A DNA stretch of 64,000 nt from Bacteroidota bacterium (GTDB taxonomy: Bacteria > Bacteroidota > Bacteroidia > B-17B0 > Aurantibacillaceae), in assembly GCA_025360565.1 (NCBI GenBank), contig JANYBY010000119.1:15610-79609 (forward strand), written 5' to 3'. The notes beneath the pieces were generated by a model. It was not told the origin of the DNA. It did no database searches and worked only from the letters and a program-made list of their open reading frames with translations. The stretch's first letter is position 1; each line of letters starts with the position of its first letter. Shown here one piece after another: positions 18,978 to 27,319 of the stretch. Made by a program: the position numbers and the translations under genes.

Positions 18978-19595
18978 ATGCACATTGCGATCGCGGGTAA
19001 CATTGGTTCTGGAAAAACAACTTTAACTTCATTATTGGCCAAACATTACAAATGGCACGCCCATTATGAAGATGCAGACGACAATCCGTACCTGAATGAT
19101 TTTTATGAAGATATGCAACGATGGTCCTTTAACCTTCAGGTATATTTTTTAAACAATCGTTTCAATCAGGTACTGGATATCAGAAAAGGAAAACATACTG
19201 TTGTGCAGGACAGAACTATTTATGAAGACGCGTATATTTTTGCGCCAAACCTTCATGCAATGGGGCTGATGACCACAAGGGATTATGATAATTATTTTTC
19301 GTTATTTAAATTAATGGAAGGCCTTGTAAAAGCTCCCGATCTAATTATTTATTTGCGCGCGGGTGTACCAACTCTTGTAAAACAAATTCAAAAACGCGGA
19401 CGTGATTACGAAAATAGTATCAGGTTGGATTATTTAAAAAGATTGAACGAACGCTATGAAGCTTGGAGTACTTCATACGAATCGGGAAAAATATTGGTAG
19501 TTGATGTGGATGATATTAATTTTAGTGAGAGTAAAGAAGATCTCGGAAAAGTTATTCGAATGATCGATGCACAGCTAAACGGCTTATTTAAATAG
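18978..19595 (+). CDS. Deoxynucleoside kinase
   Basis: GNIGSGKTT P-loop, 'QDRTIYED', 'R...RGR..E' lid motif. Confidence 0.92.
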   Translation: MHIAIAGNIGSGKTTLTSLLAKHYKWHAHYEDADDNPYLNDFYEDMQRWSFNLQVYFLNNRFNQVLDIRKGKHTVVQDRTIYEDAYIFAPNLHAMGLMTTRDYDNYFSLFKLMEGLVKAPDLIIYLRAGVPTLVKQIQKRGRDYENSIRLDYLKRLNERYEAWSTSYESGKILVVDVDDINFSESKEDLGKVIRMIDAQLNGLFK

Positions 19596-20170
19596 TGAGT
19601 TTAATATTAAATAAAGAAGAAGAATTCTTCGACTTGTATTTTTCAAAACAAGTTGAGAAGGCAAAAACCGCCGGTGATCTTATATTGGCCTACGATGGTG
19701 TTTTAAATACCGAAACTATTTCGAAATTAGAATCAGAAATTGAAGCAAAGATCTTAGAAAAAGGCTTGCCAAAATCGGTTGTAAAAAAAGTTTTTTTTAT
19801 TTGTGTTGAATCTCTGCAAAACATGCTAATTCATGGACACAAGGATGATGGCGGCGCGCAGCACAACTTTTTTGTTTTATATGCTACGCCTAAGGAAGTT
19901 AAGGTTACCGTTGCAAATCTTATTACCAATACGGTGAAAGAAAAATTAACCCGCGATATGGATAAAATAAATTCATTCGATGATCCTGCACAATTAAAAA
20001 CCTATTATCTTGAGCATTTAGAAAATAATGAGCTTAGTGATAAAGGCGGAGCGGGATTAGGATTTATTACCATTGGCATGAAAAGCGGAAATAAATTAAA
20101 ACCTACCTTTGAACCTATTGGCGACATTCGTTCGCTTTTTTTATTAGAGATCACCATCAACGCGGAGTAA
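19595..20170 (+). CDS. SiaB-family protein kinase (GHKL-like)
   Basis: 'VESLQNML.H' N-box and 'KGGAGLGFITI..KSGNKL' G-box typical of SiaB-like proteins; GTG start overlaps the upstream TAG. Confidence 0.7.
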   Translation: MSLILNKEEEFFDLYFSKQVEKAKTAGDLILAYDGVLNTETISKLESEIEAKILEKGLPKSVVKKVFFICVESLQNMLIHGHKDDGGAQHNFFVLYATPKEVKVTVANLITNTVKEKLTRDMDKINSFDDPAQLKTYYLEHLENNELSDKGGAGLGFITIGMKSGNKLKPTFEPIGDIRSLFLLEITINAE

Positions 20171-20226
20171 CTGAAAGACCTGCAAGGTTTTGTCGGATAT
20201 ATATAGGCCTTGTTGGTTCAGCGAAC

Positions 20227-21006
20227 TTAAACCTTACTTTTTTCTTCCACAAAATTTGTTAGCTCAACAAATTGAGCTACACTTAATTGTTCGGGCCTTT
20301 TTTCAAACAAAGGATGCGTTACCTCAGCAGAGAAAAAAAGCGGTTTAATGGAATTGCGAATTTGTTTTCGCCTTTGGTTAAAAGTTGTTTTAACTACTTT
20401 GAAAAAAAGAACTTCATTACAATCCAATTGTTTCACATCGTTTCTTATAAACCGTACAACGGCGCTTTTTACTTTGGGCTGAGGACTAAAAACATTTTCG
20501 TGAACTGTAAATAAATATTCAATGGTGTAAAAAGCCTGCAACAGCACGCTTAAAATGCCATATGTTTTAGTGCCGGGTTTTTCGGCCATTCGCTGTGCCA
20601 CCTCCTTTTGAAACATACCTACTACAACTGAAACGTTATTTCTGTTCTCCAAAATTCTGAACATGATCTGACTCGAAATATTGTACGGAAAATTACCTAT
20701 CACATTAAATTTGGCGCCGCCTGATTTTTCGAGATCTATTTCCAAAAAATCTCCAAAAATTATCTTATCTTTTTTCTCGGAAAATTCTTTTTTTAAATGT
20801 TCGATCGATTCCTTGTCAATATCTAAAGCAGTAAAATGTTCTAGGTCGTTTATTAAATACTTAGTAAGCACGCCGGTTCCGGGGCCAATTTCAATAAGCG
20901 GAGTAGTTCTGTCTTTTTCGAGCATCGCGTTCACAATTTTTTTTGCAATGTTCTCATCGCATAAAAAATGTTGCCCTAAATGTTTTTTGGCTCTTACAGG
21001 CTGCAC
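20227..21006 (-). CDS. rsmA: 16S rRNA adenine dimethyltransferase KsgA/RsmA
   Basis: KKHLGQHFL, EIGPGTG.LT, GNFPYNISS, F.P.PKV.S motifs. Confidence 0.97.
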   Translation of the reverse strand: MQPVRAKKHLGQHFLCDENIAKKIVNAMLEKDRTTPLIEIGPGTGVLTKYLINDLEHFTALDIDKESIEHLKKEFSEKKDKIIFGDFLEIDLEKSGGAKFNVIGNFPYNISSQIMFRILENRNNVSVVVGMFQKEVAQRMAEKPGTKTYGILSVLLQAFYTIEYLFTVHENVFSPQPKVKSAVVRFIRNDVKQLDCNEVLFFKVVKTTFNQRRKQIRNSIKPLFFSAEVTHPLFEKRPEQLSVAQFVELTNFVEEKSKV

Positions 21007-21008
21007 TA

Positions 21009-22119
21009 TTATTCGTTTGTTTTAGAAGTTTTTTTACCGCCCAATTGCATTAAATACGCCTTTATTAATTCGTCCAGGTTTCCGTTTAAAACACCTTCGG
21101 CATCTGTTATTTTTAATTCGGTGCGCACATCGTTTACCATTTTATAAGGATGTAAAACATAACTTCGTATTTGCGATCCCCATTCAATTTTCATTTTACT
21201 GTCTTCAACCGCTGCTTTTGCTTCGTTGCGCTTTCGCATTTCTAATTCGTATAATTGCGAACGTAACATTTTTAAAGCCCTTTCTTTATTACCGAGCTGA
21301 GATCTTTCCACTTGACAAACAACTACAATGCCCGTTGGCTTGTGAAGCATTTGCACTTTTGTTTCTACTTTATTTACGTTTTGTCCGCCGGCACCGCCGC
21401 TTCTCGAAGTAGAAATTTCCAAGTCGGCAGGTTTAATTTCTATTTCAATCGTATCATCTACAATTGGGTAAACATATACCGAAGCAAAACTGGTATGGCG
21501 TTTGGCGTTCGAGTCAAACGGACTGATGCGCACCAAACGGTGCACGCCGTTTTCTCCTTTCAAATAACCAAATGCAAAATCGCCCTCGATCTGTAACGAA
21601 ACTGATTTTATTCCTGCCGCGTCTCCGGCATTATAATCTAACTCAGAGATCTTGAATCCATTTTTCTCGGCCCACATTAAATACATGCGCATTAACATGC
21701 CCGCCCAATCACAACTTTCGGTTCCACCTGCACCTGAATTTATTTGAAGCACACAACTTAAATGGTCTTCAGGGGCACTGAGCATATTTTTAAACTCAAT
21801 ATCCTCCAGTTTTTTTAAACAATGGCGGTATTCCAGATCTGTTTCTTCTTCGGTAGCATCGCCGCTTTTGTAAAAATCGTAAAGCGTATTAAGGTCGTCG
21901 AGCTGCCTCGAAAGCTCTTCGTAGCCAACGGTCCAGGACTTAACCTGTTTTACCTCGTTTAAAATTTTTTCTGCTTTTTTTGGATCGTTCCAAAAGTTGG
22001 GATCAAGCGTTTTTTCTTCTAAAAGCTCAAGATCGTGTTTCTTTCTATCGTAGTCAAAGAAACCCCCTTAATGCCAGACGGCGTTCGTTTAACTCTTTTA
22101 ATTGGTCGTTTGTAAACAT
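21009..22119 (-). CDS. prfB: Peptide chain release factor 2, translated through a +1 programmed frameshift (about 369 aa)
   Basis: 21 codons ([21 protein letters not shown]) from ATG 22119 to CTT-TGA. The +1 frame continues DYDRKK...FWNDPKKA and is in register with the track ORF containing SPF and GGQ motifs. Confidence 0.95.
22053..22068 (-). promoter_or_regulatory. prfB +1 frameshift cassette
   Basis: - strand reads AGGGGG TTT CTT TGA C, one base different from the classic AGGGGG TAT CTT TGA C. Confidence 0.95.
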
Positions 22120-22182
22120 GATGTAAATGTACACAAAATAATTATACTTACGCTTATATCTCCCCGACCAACACAGTTAAGT

Positions 22183-22272
22183 GCCACTGATTTCGCAAAT
22201 TCACACAGATTTTATTCACAGATATTTTTTTATTTGCTATTGCAATCTGTGAAAATCAGTGAAATCTGTGGC
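22183..22272. repeat. REP-like nested inverted repeat
   Basis: GCCACTGATTTC (22183-22194) / GAAATCTGTGGC (22261-22272), 1 mismatch; inner TTCACAGAT/ATCTGTGAA pair. Confidence 0.65.
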
Positions 22273-22463
22273 AGAGAAATCGGAAATTTGTCGCAATGGA
22301 ATTCTGCTAATTTTTCACCAATCTGAGCGACCTGATTTCACGAACCTATGTTAACTAATCAAATCTGGTTTACTTACAGATTAGTGGAATTTTTTTAAAC
22401 ACAAATTAGTGATTGTTAGTGTAATTCGGGGCAAGAAACTACACGGCAACGCCGTGGGCCCAA

Positions 22464-23348
22464 TTATTTTCTTCCTCTTCTGAACTCAACTTCACCTGCC
22501 TCTTTTGCCGGCCAAAAATAAATATAGGTTAAGATCATAATTAAACCAAAGCTTACAAGGCCCATTACAAACGCGATGTATAAATGCATAAGGATGCCTA
22601 AAATAATAAATGGTTTTTTTATTTTATTAACCCAGATCAACAATGGAAAAAGCAACTGATAGATCAAAACTAAAAAATTAAAGAACACCAGTAAAATTGC
22701 GATACTGTCAATATTGTGCGAAATAAAAGGCAAGGTAAAATGATTTACTTCAGAAGCCATGATCACCGCTTTGCCGTGCCGCCAATCCATATTACCCAAT
22801 TTTGTTATTGCCGAAGTGAAGTAAACAAGACAGATCTGAATGATGACCGCTAATACGCTGAAGTTATGCGCGCAGATCTTCATTTTATTTTTTTTCTCCA
22901 TAAACAAGGGTACAGTGTGGGAAGTGAATTTGTCGGAAATAAAAATATTAAAAAATAATAATTGGTTTAGTAAATAATCTCCGCCGGTTAAGGTGGGATA
23001 AATTTTATTGAAAATATTCAGCACAAAGAACCAGATCAAAAAATCGAACAGCAAATAAATACGGTTTTTAAATAAACTAAAAATACACAAAATGAGCAGC
23101 GGAACAATGAACCATAAACTTGCCCCGGGGCTTTCGCGGTTATAAAGAAAAAAAGCAAGGCTTTTAAAAAAACCGATGTCATACGGATGGCTGTAAACAA
23201 TACTGTTTTGGCCAAATAACAGATTGTAATAAAATAACCAATAACAACATTTAACCAATAAAAAGACATACAACAGCCGTTTAAACCAAACAGATCTTGT
23301 TTTAAAATTAAAATCGGCGAAAAAATATGATAATGCCTTTATAAGCAT
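22464..23348 (-). CDS. HTTM-domain membrane protein
   Basis: Multi-TM protein with 'GGDYLL', 'YFTSAITKL...DW..G.A' and 'HLYIAFVMGL..FGLIM' motifs. Confidence 0.7.
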   Translation of the reverse strand: MLIKALSYFFADFNFKTRSVWFKRLLYVFLLVKCCYWLFYYNLLFGQNSIVYSHPYDIGFFKSLAFFLYNRESPGASLWFIVPLLILCIFSLFKNRIYLLFDFLIWFFVLNIFNKIYPTLTGGDYLLNQLLFFNIFISDKFTSHTVPLFMEKKNKMKICAHNFSVLAVIIQICLVYFTSAITKLGNMDWRHGKAVIMASEVNHFTLPFISHNIDSIAILLVFFNFLVLIYQLLFPLLIWVNKIKKPFIILGILMHLYIAFVMGLVSFGLIMILTYIYFWPAKEAGEVEFRRGRK

Positions 23349-23476
23349 TTATTTGTTTTAGAATATAAATTTAGATGTTTATTTTTATGAAATGGTTCGT
23401 AAGAAGTCTTGATAAATTTGAAGGCGCAATGCATGTGATAATAAAAGTAACAAATAACAGCACATGAAATAATAAA

Positions 23477-24682
23477 ATGTTAGATTTTAATAAAAAATAT
23501 TGGAAATGGATCATTCCCGCGTTATGCGCGCTTTACTGTTTATTTGAAGCGAATGGCAAAGGCGATTTTTATATTTTTTTGTCGGCCGCCGATGACCTGG
23601 GTAAACACGAAAATATTTTTGAAAAAAAGTATGTGGACGGGTATCATTATTATTATTCCGTTTTATTTGCTCTTTTTTTAAAGCCCTTTGCGGCTTTGCC
23701 TTATTTGCCTTTAAAATTTTGCTGGCAATTTTTAAACGCGCTTTTGTTCTTTAATTTATTGCAAATTTTTTATAAAAGCGAACTTGTTTCAAAATTAAAA
23801 AGAAAGGACCTTTTTATTCTTTTGGTATTTATTGTTTCCCTTCGGTTTTTCATCGATAACATTCACCATTCGCAAATTACCATCTTAATACTGTGGTGCT
23901 GCATTAAGGGCTTAACGCTTATTTCGCAGGATAAACCAATAACAGGCGCACTCATCTTGGCAATTGGCGTTAATATAAAGTTATTGCCAATTGTTTTTGT
24001 GCCTTATTTAATTTACCGTGGTTATTTTAAAGCAGCGCTTTTTACTGCCGGCTTTTATATTGCGTTCATGTTTTTTCCATCCTTAATTATCGGGCAAGAA
24101 TATAACATGGCTTTGCTGAAAGAATGGGCCAAATTAATTAACCCAACCAATCAAATACATGTGCTGGATGTGGATGAAAGAAGTTTTCACGGCCTCTCTA
24201 CCTTGTTCTCCACCTTGTTTGTAAAAGATGTGCCCGATGTTTACGCTTTAAAAATTACCCGAAATATTGCGGATGTATCCTTAGAAACCCTTTCAAAAAT
24301 AATTTTAATTACTCGTTTGATCCTGATCGCTTTTACTTTGTATTTTTTAAACTTGAAGTTTTTTGCGAAGGCAAAAACAAATTTTGCGCAATGTATCGAG
24401 CTAAGTTATATCCTGCTTCTCATCCCGCTAATTTTTCCGCATCAGCAGCATTACGCGTTCATTTTTGCCATTCCGGCATTCGCTGTGATCTTGTATACCG
24501 TAATGATAAATAAAGATCAAAAAGCAATAACAGTTTTACTTATTCTTATTGCGCTGGGCTTTAGTTTAAAATTAATTTTAGGGGTATTCGATGACTATTA
24601 TGTACACTTTAAATTAATAACGTATTGCGCCTTGCTGCTGATACCGTTATTGGTGTGGGTGAAAAGAAAGGAAGCGGTTTAA
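23477..24682 (+). CDS. GT87-like (DUF2029) membrane glycosyltransferase
   Basis: N-terminal 'GDF.IF..AA', 'YYYS..FA', 'Q.TILIL', 'IKLLP' motifs and about 10 TM helices. Confidence 0.75.
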   Translation: MLDFNKKYWKWIIPALCALYCLFEANGKGDFYIFLSAADDLGKHENIFEKKYVDGYHYYYSVLFALFLKPFAALPYLPLKFCWQFLNALLFFNLLQIFYKSELVSKLKRKDLFILLVFIVSLRFFIDNIHHSQITILILWCCIKGLTLISQDKPITGALILAIGVNIKLLPIVFVPYLIYRGYFKAALFTAGFYIAFMFFPSLIIGQEYNMALLKEWAKLINPTNQIHVLDVDERSFHGLSTLFSTLFVKDVPDVYALKITRNIADVSLETLSKIILITRLILIAFTLYFLNLKFFAKAKTNFAQCIELSYILLLIPLIFPHQQHYAFIFAIPAFAVILYTVMINKDQKAITVLLILIALGFSLKLILGVFDDYYVHFKLITYCALLLIPLLVWVKRKEAV

Positions 24683-24715
24683 TAATTGTGCCTGTAGTCG
24701 AAACGTGAAATATAT

Positions 24716-24854
24716 CACCCCTGATGGGGTTTAATCGCAAAGCGGGAATTGTTTCTACCGATATTTTACCCCTATGCTGTAATAGAATAAGGCTCCATCG
24801 GAGCCAAATATTGGTAGAAAACAAATAAGATAAAGATTTAAGTGCCGTAGGCAC
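24716..24854. repeat. Cluster of REP-like palindromes
   Basis: ACCCC-TGAT-GGGGT, GGCTCC-ATC-GGAGCC (24791-24805), GTGCC-GTA-GGCAC (24842-24854), plus inverted pair TTTCTACCGATATTT (24752-24766) / AAATATTGGTAGAAA (24806-24820). Confidence 0.65.
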
Positions 24855-24888
24855 GCAATAGATTTTCTATGCTTTGAACAGAAAAAGC

Positions 24889-27123
24889 CTAATAATCGTC
24901 GGCCCTCAGTAATAAAACAGTTCCTTGTTTGTATTCCTGTCCTAACGTTACATCGTTGTTGTAATTAATTATCCAAACGTACACATCTTGCTCGCAACTT
25001 TTGCCGTTAAATCTGCCGTCCCAGCCTTGCGTAAAATCGTTACCGCTGTAAATATGCTGCCCCCATTTATTATAAATATCAAAATGATAATCGGATACGC
25101 CAATGGCCTTTGGCATAAATACATCGTTCATGCCATCTTTATTGGGCGTAAATGTATTGGGGATCCAAAATCTGAACTCCGGTAAAATTCGTATTTCGTG
25201 CCTTGCAGTGTCGGGACAGTTGAACTGATTATTTACAATTTGAACAACTTGGTATTTGCCCGGAGCCATATAAGTATGTATACAATTTATGGCGGTTAAC
25301 GAATTGCCATCGCCAAAATAATAAGTGGCCGAAGTAATATCATCGCTCGAGCGGTTTAAAAAAGTAATGTCGGGATCAAAAATGGTGGTGAGTGTAGGCG
25401 ACCAAATAAAATCTGCTTTTGGCGAAGGGTTAACCGTAATATTTGAAACAGAGGTTATGGCAGTATCAATACACAAACCGCTTGTGGTTGCAATTAAAGT
25501 AACACCATAAACACCCGGCGGAGAAAAAATTTGAACAGGCTGATACGCGTGCGAAGTGTTACCGTTACTGAAAATCCAGGTGTAGTTTAACGGTAATGGG
25601 CTGTAACTGCCGTTGCTGAAAGCCACATGGGCAGGGTCGCACAGGCTGGTAGGTAAATTATTTATTTTTGCAATTGGCCTGCCAACAACACGAATACTGT
25701 CTATCATTGAATCAATACACGTAAGTTGCTTGCCAACTAATTTTACGTTAAATATTCCGGGTACTGTATACGTAACGCCGCTCGGGCTTTTTACTGTTGA
25801 TGTGCTTGGTGTTGCGGCAGGTGTAAAATCCCATTTATAAGTTGCGCCGTTTATATAAATTCCTGTATTGGTAAAACTAAACGAATTTCCTATTAAACAT
25901 TGTTTATCGTAACCTTTAAAACTAACCTTGAGCTGGGGATAAATATAATATAATTTTTTGGAGGTATCGGCGCAAGGCTTGCCGGGATTAGCAATTAGAG
26001 ATACTAAGTATTTTCCGGTATCCTGAAAAGTATACGTTGGATTAAAGACCTGCGATGTATCGGCCAAAGTTCCGTTAACCCCAAAGTCCCAATGATATGA
26101 GAGTGCGCCAACGTTACCAAAACTTTGGTTGGTAAAAGTAATGGTACTGCCTTCGCACTTTTGAATTTGGTCGGCAAAGATACTTGCTACGTTTACAACA
26201 CAAGGTGTTACATTAAATTGAAAATCGCGATAGTGAGTATTAATTAAAATGCCACCTCTAAATTCCTGCACACAAACGCCCACAACATATTGCCCAATTA
26301 AATTTGGCCTTCCGGTTAACATACCTGTAACAGGGTTTACGCTAAACGCGGGATTAGCGGCAATAGGATAACTACCTGAGTAAGTACCCGAATAATTTAC
26401 GGTTGAATAAGTGGGAGCCGTTGCGGCAGTGGGGCAACCGGCAGTGCCCAATGAAGGGCAAGCGGGATCTAATCCCAAAAAAGGCGAATACAACGAATAA
26501 ACCAATTGATCGCCATCAGGATCGGTTGCAGAATGATCGAACGAAAAAGGCAAATTGTTACAAATAAATATTGGCGGAAATTTTTTAAACCTTGGGGAGC
26601 TGTTAACAGCAACTACTTCCGGACCCGGAATTTTTGTAAAATAAGTTGCCCCTTGATCGCCTGGATTTACAAGATTAATAATTGAATTGTTACGGCAACA
26701 ACGTTGATAAACCAAATAGTAACCTCCTAATTTTGGCGGTAAATTTATGGTATAAGTATAAACGCCCTCTTCAACACAAACGCCGCTTGGCGGGGTAATG
26801 CAGAGGTTATTGATGCTTGGTGGAATATTTGTAATAACAGGCAAGCCAATATTAATGGTGGAATCTATCTGTCCGGTTAGTCCGTCAATAACGGTGATGA
26901 GTGCTGTAGGTAAATTTCCGGGATCCGTTCCATCAAAATTGGGGCCACCCGAAGCGCAATCCCTGTAAATTTTAAGTGTGATCCTGTAATTATTTCCTCC
27001 CAAATTATCATAGATCATTTCGCCGCCCACAATGTGTTTTGAATACACACCGCTGCTTAAAAAAATAAAAAATAATATGAATAAAAAGCTCTTTTTCACT
27101 TTGGTTTTACTATGGCAAATCAA
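24889..27123 (-). CDS. PKD-domain protein with gliding-motility-associated (T9SS type B) C-terminal domain
   Basis: 'HIVGGE', 'YQRCCRN', several PKD repeats (WDFG/WIFSNG...Y..PG.Y.V.L), CTD 'IPNTFTPNKDGMND.F...IYNKWG...WDG'. Confidence 0.9.
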   Translation of the reverse strand: MICHSKTKVKKSFLFILFFIFLSSGVYSKHIVGGEMIYDNLGGNNYRITLKIYRDCASGGPNFDGTDPGNLPTALITVIDGLTGQIDSTINIGLPVITNIPPSINNLCITPPSGVCVEEGVYTYTINLPPKLGGYYLVYQRCCRNNSIINLVNPGDQGATYFTKIPGPEVVAVNSSPRFKKFPPIFICNNLPFSFDHSATDPDGDQLVYSLYSPFLGLDPACPSLGTAGCPTAATAPTYSTVNYSGTYSGSYPIAANPAFSVNPVTGMLTGRPNLIGQYVVGVCVQEFRGGILINTHYRDFQFNVTPCVVNVASIFADQIQKCEGSTITFTNQSFGNVGALSYHWDFGVNGTLADTSQVFNPTYTFQDTGKYLVSLIANPGKPCADTSKKLYYIYPQLKVSFKGYDKQCLIGNSFSFTNTGIYINGATYKWDFTPAATPSTSTVKSPSGVTYTVPGIFNVKLVGKQLTCIDSMIDSIRVVGRPIAKINNLPTSLCDPAHVAFSNGSYSPLPLNYTWIFSNGNTSHAYQPVQIFSPPGVYGVTLIATTSGLCIDTAITSVSNITVNPSPKADFIWSPTLTTIFDPDITFLNRSSDDITSATYYFGDGNSLTAINCIHTYMAPGKYQVVQIVNNQFNCPDTARHEIRILPEFRFWIPNTFTPNKDGMNDVFMPKAIGVSDYHFDIYNKWGQHIYSGNDFTQGWDGRFNGKSCEQDVYVWIINYNNDVTLGQEYKQGTVLLLRADDY

Positions 27124-27319
27124 CCATTAAATTAGTTAAAATTTTTCGGATATTCAAAAGGTTTATATAAATGGTCTAATTTGTTCCATATCCGGCGGTT
27201 TATAGCCGAATAATGTAAGTTTTAGCCCAATAAAACCCTCTTAAAGTTTATTAATGAAAACATAGTTGTTTATACTTTAAATCTTTAAAACCAGGGCGTT
27301 TTTTTACTAAATTTGTTAT

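Noticed and set aside
21009-21785. Truncated or pseudogenised RF2, as the ORF track suggests
   Set aside because: Explained by the canonical CTT-TGA-C +1 frameshift, which gives a full-length protein from 22119.
22102-22326. 74-aa ORF
   Set aside because: It runs through the REP-like palindromes and overlaps the prfB start on the opposite strand.
23349-23476. Remnant of an HTTM partner gene
   Set aside because: A short hydrophobic open frame exists on the - strand, but it has no start codon and no diagnostic motif.
27124-27319. A fourth copy of the 21-bp array upstream of the divergent PKD and FG-GAP genes
   Set aside because: Isolated CGGATAT/CGAATA matches occur (27147, 27194, 27207) but are not in 21-bp phase or at 39-40 bp from a -7 box.
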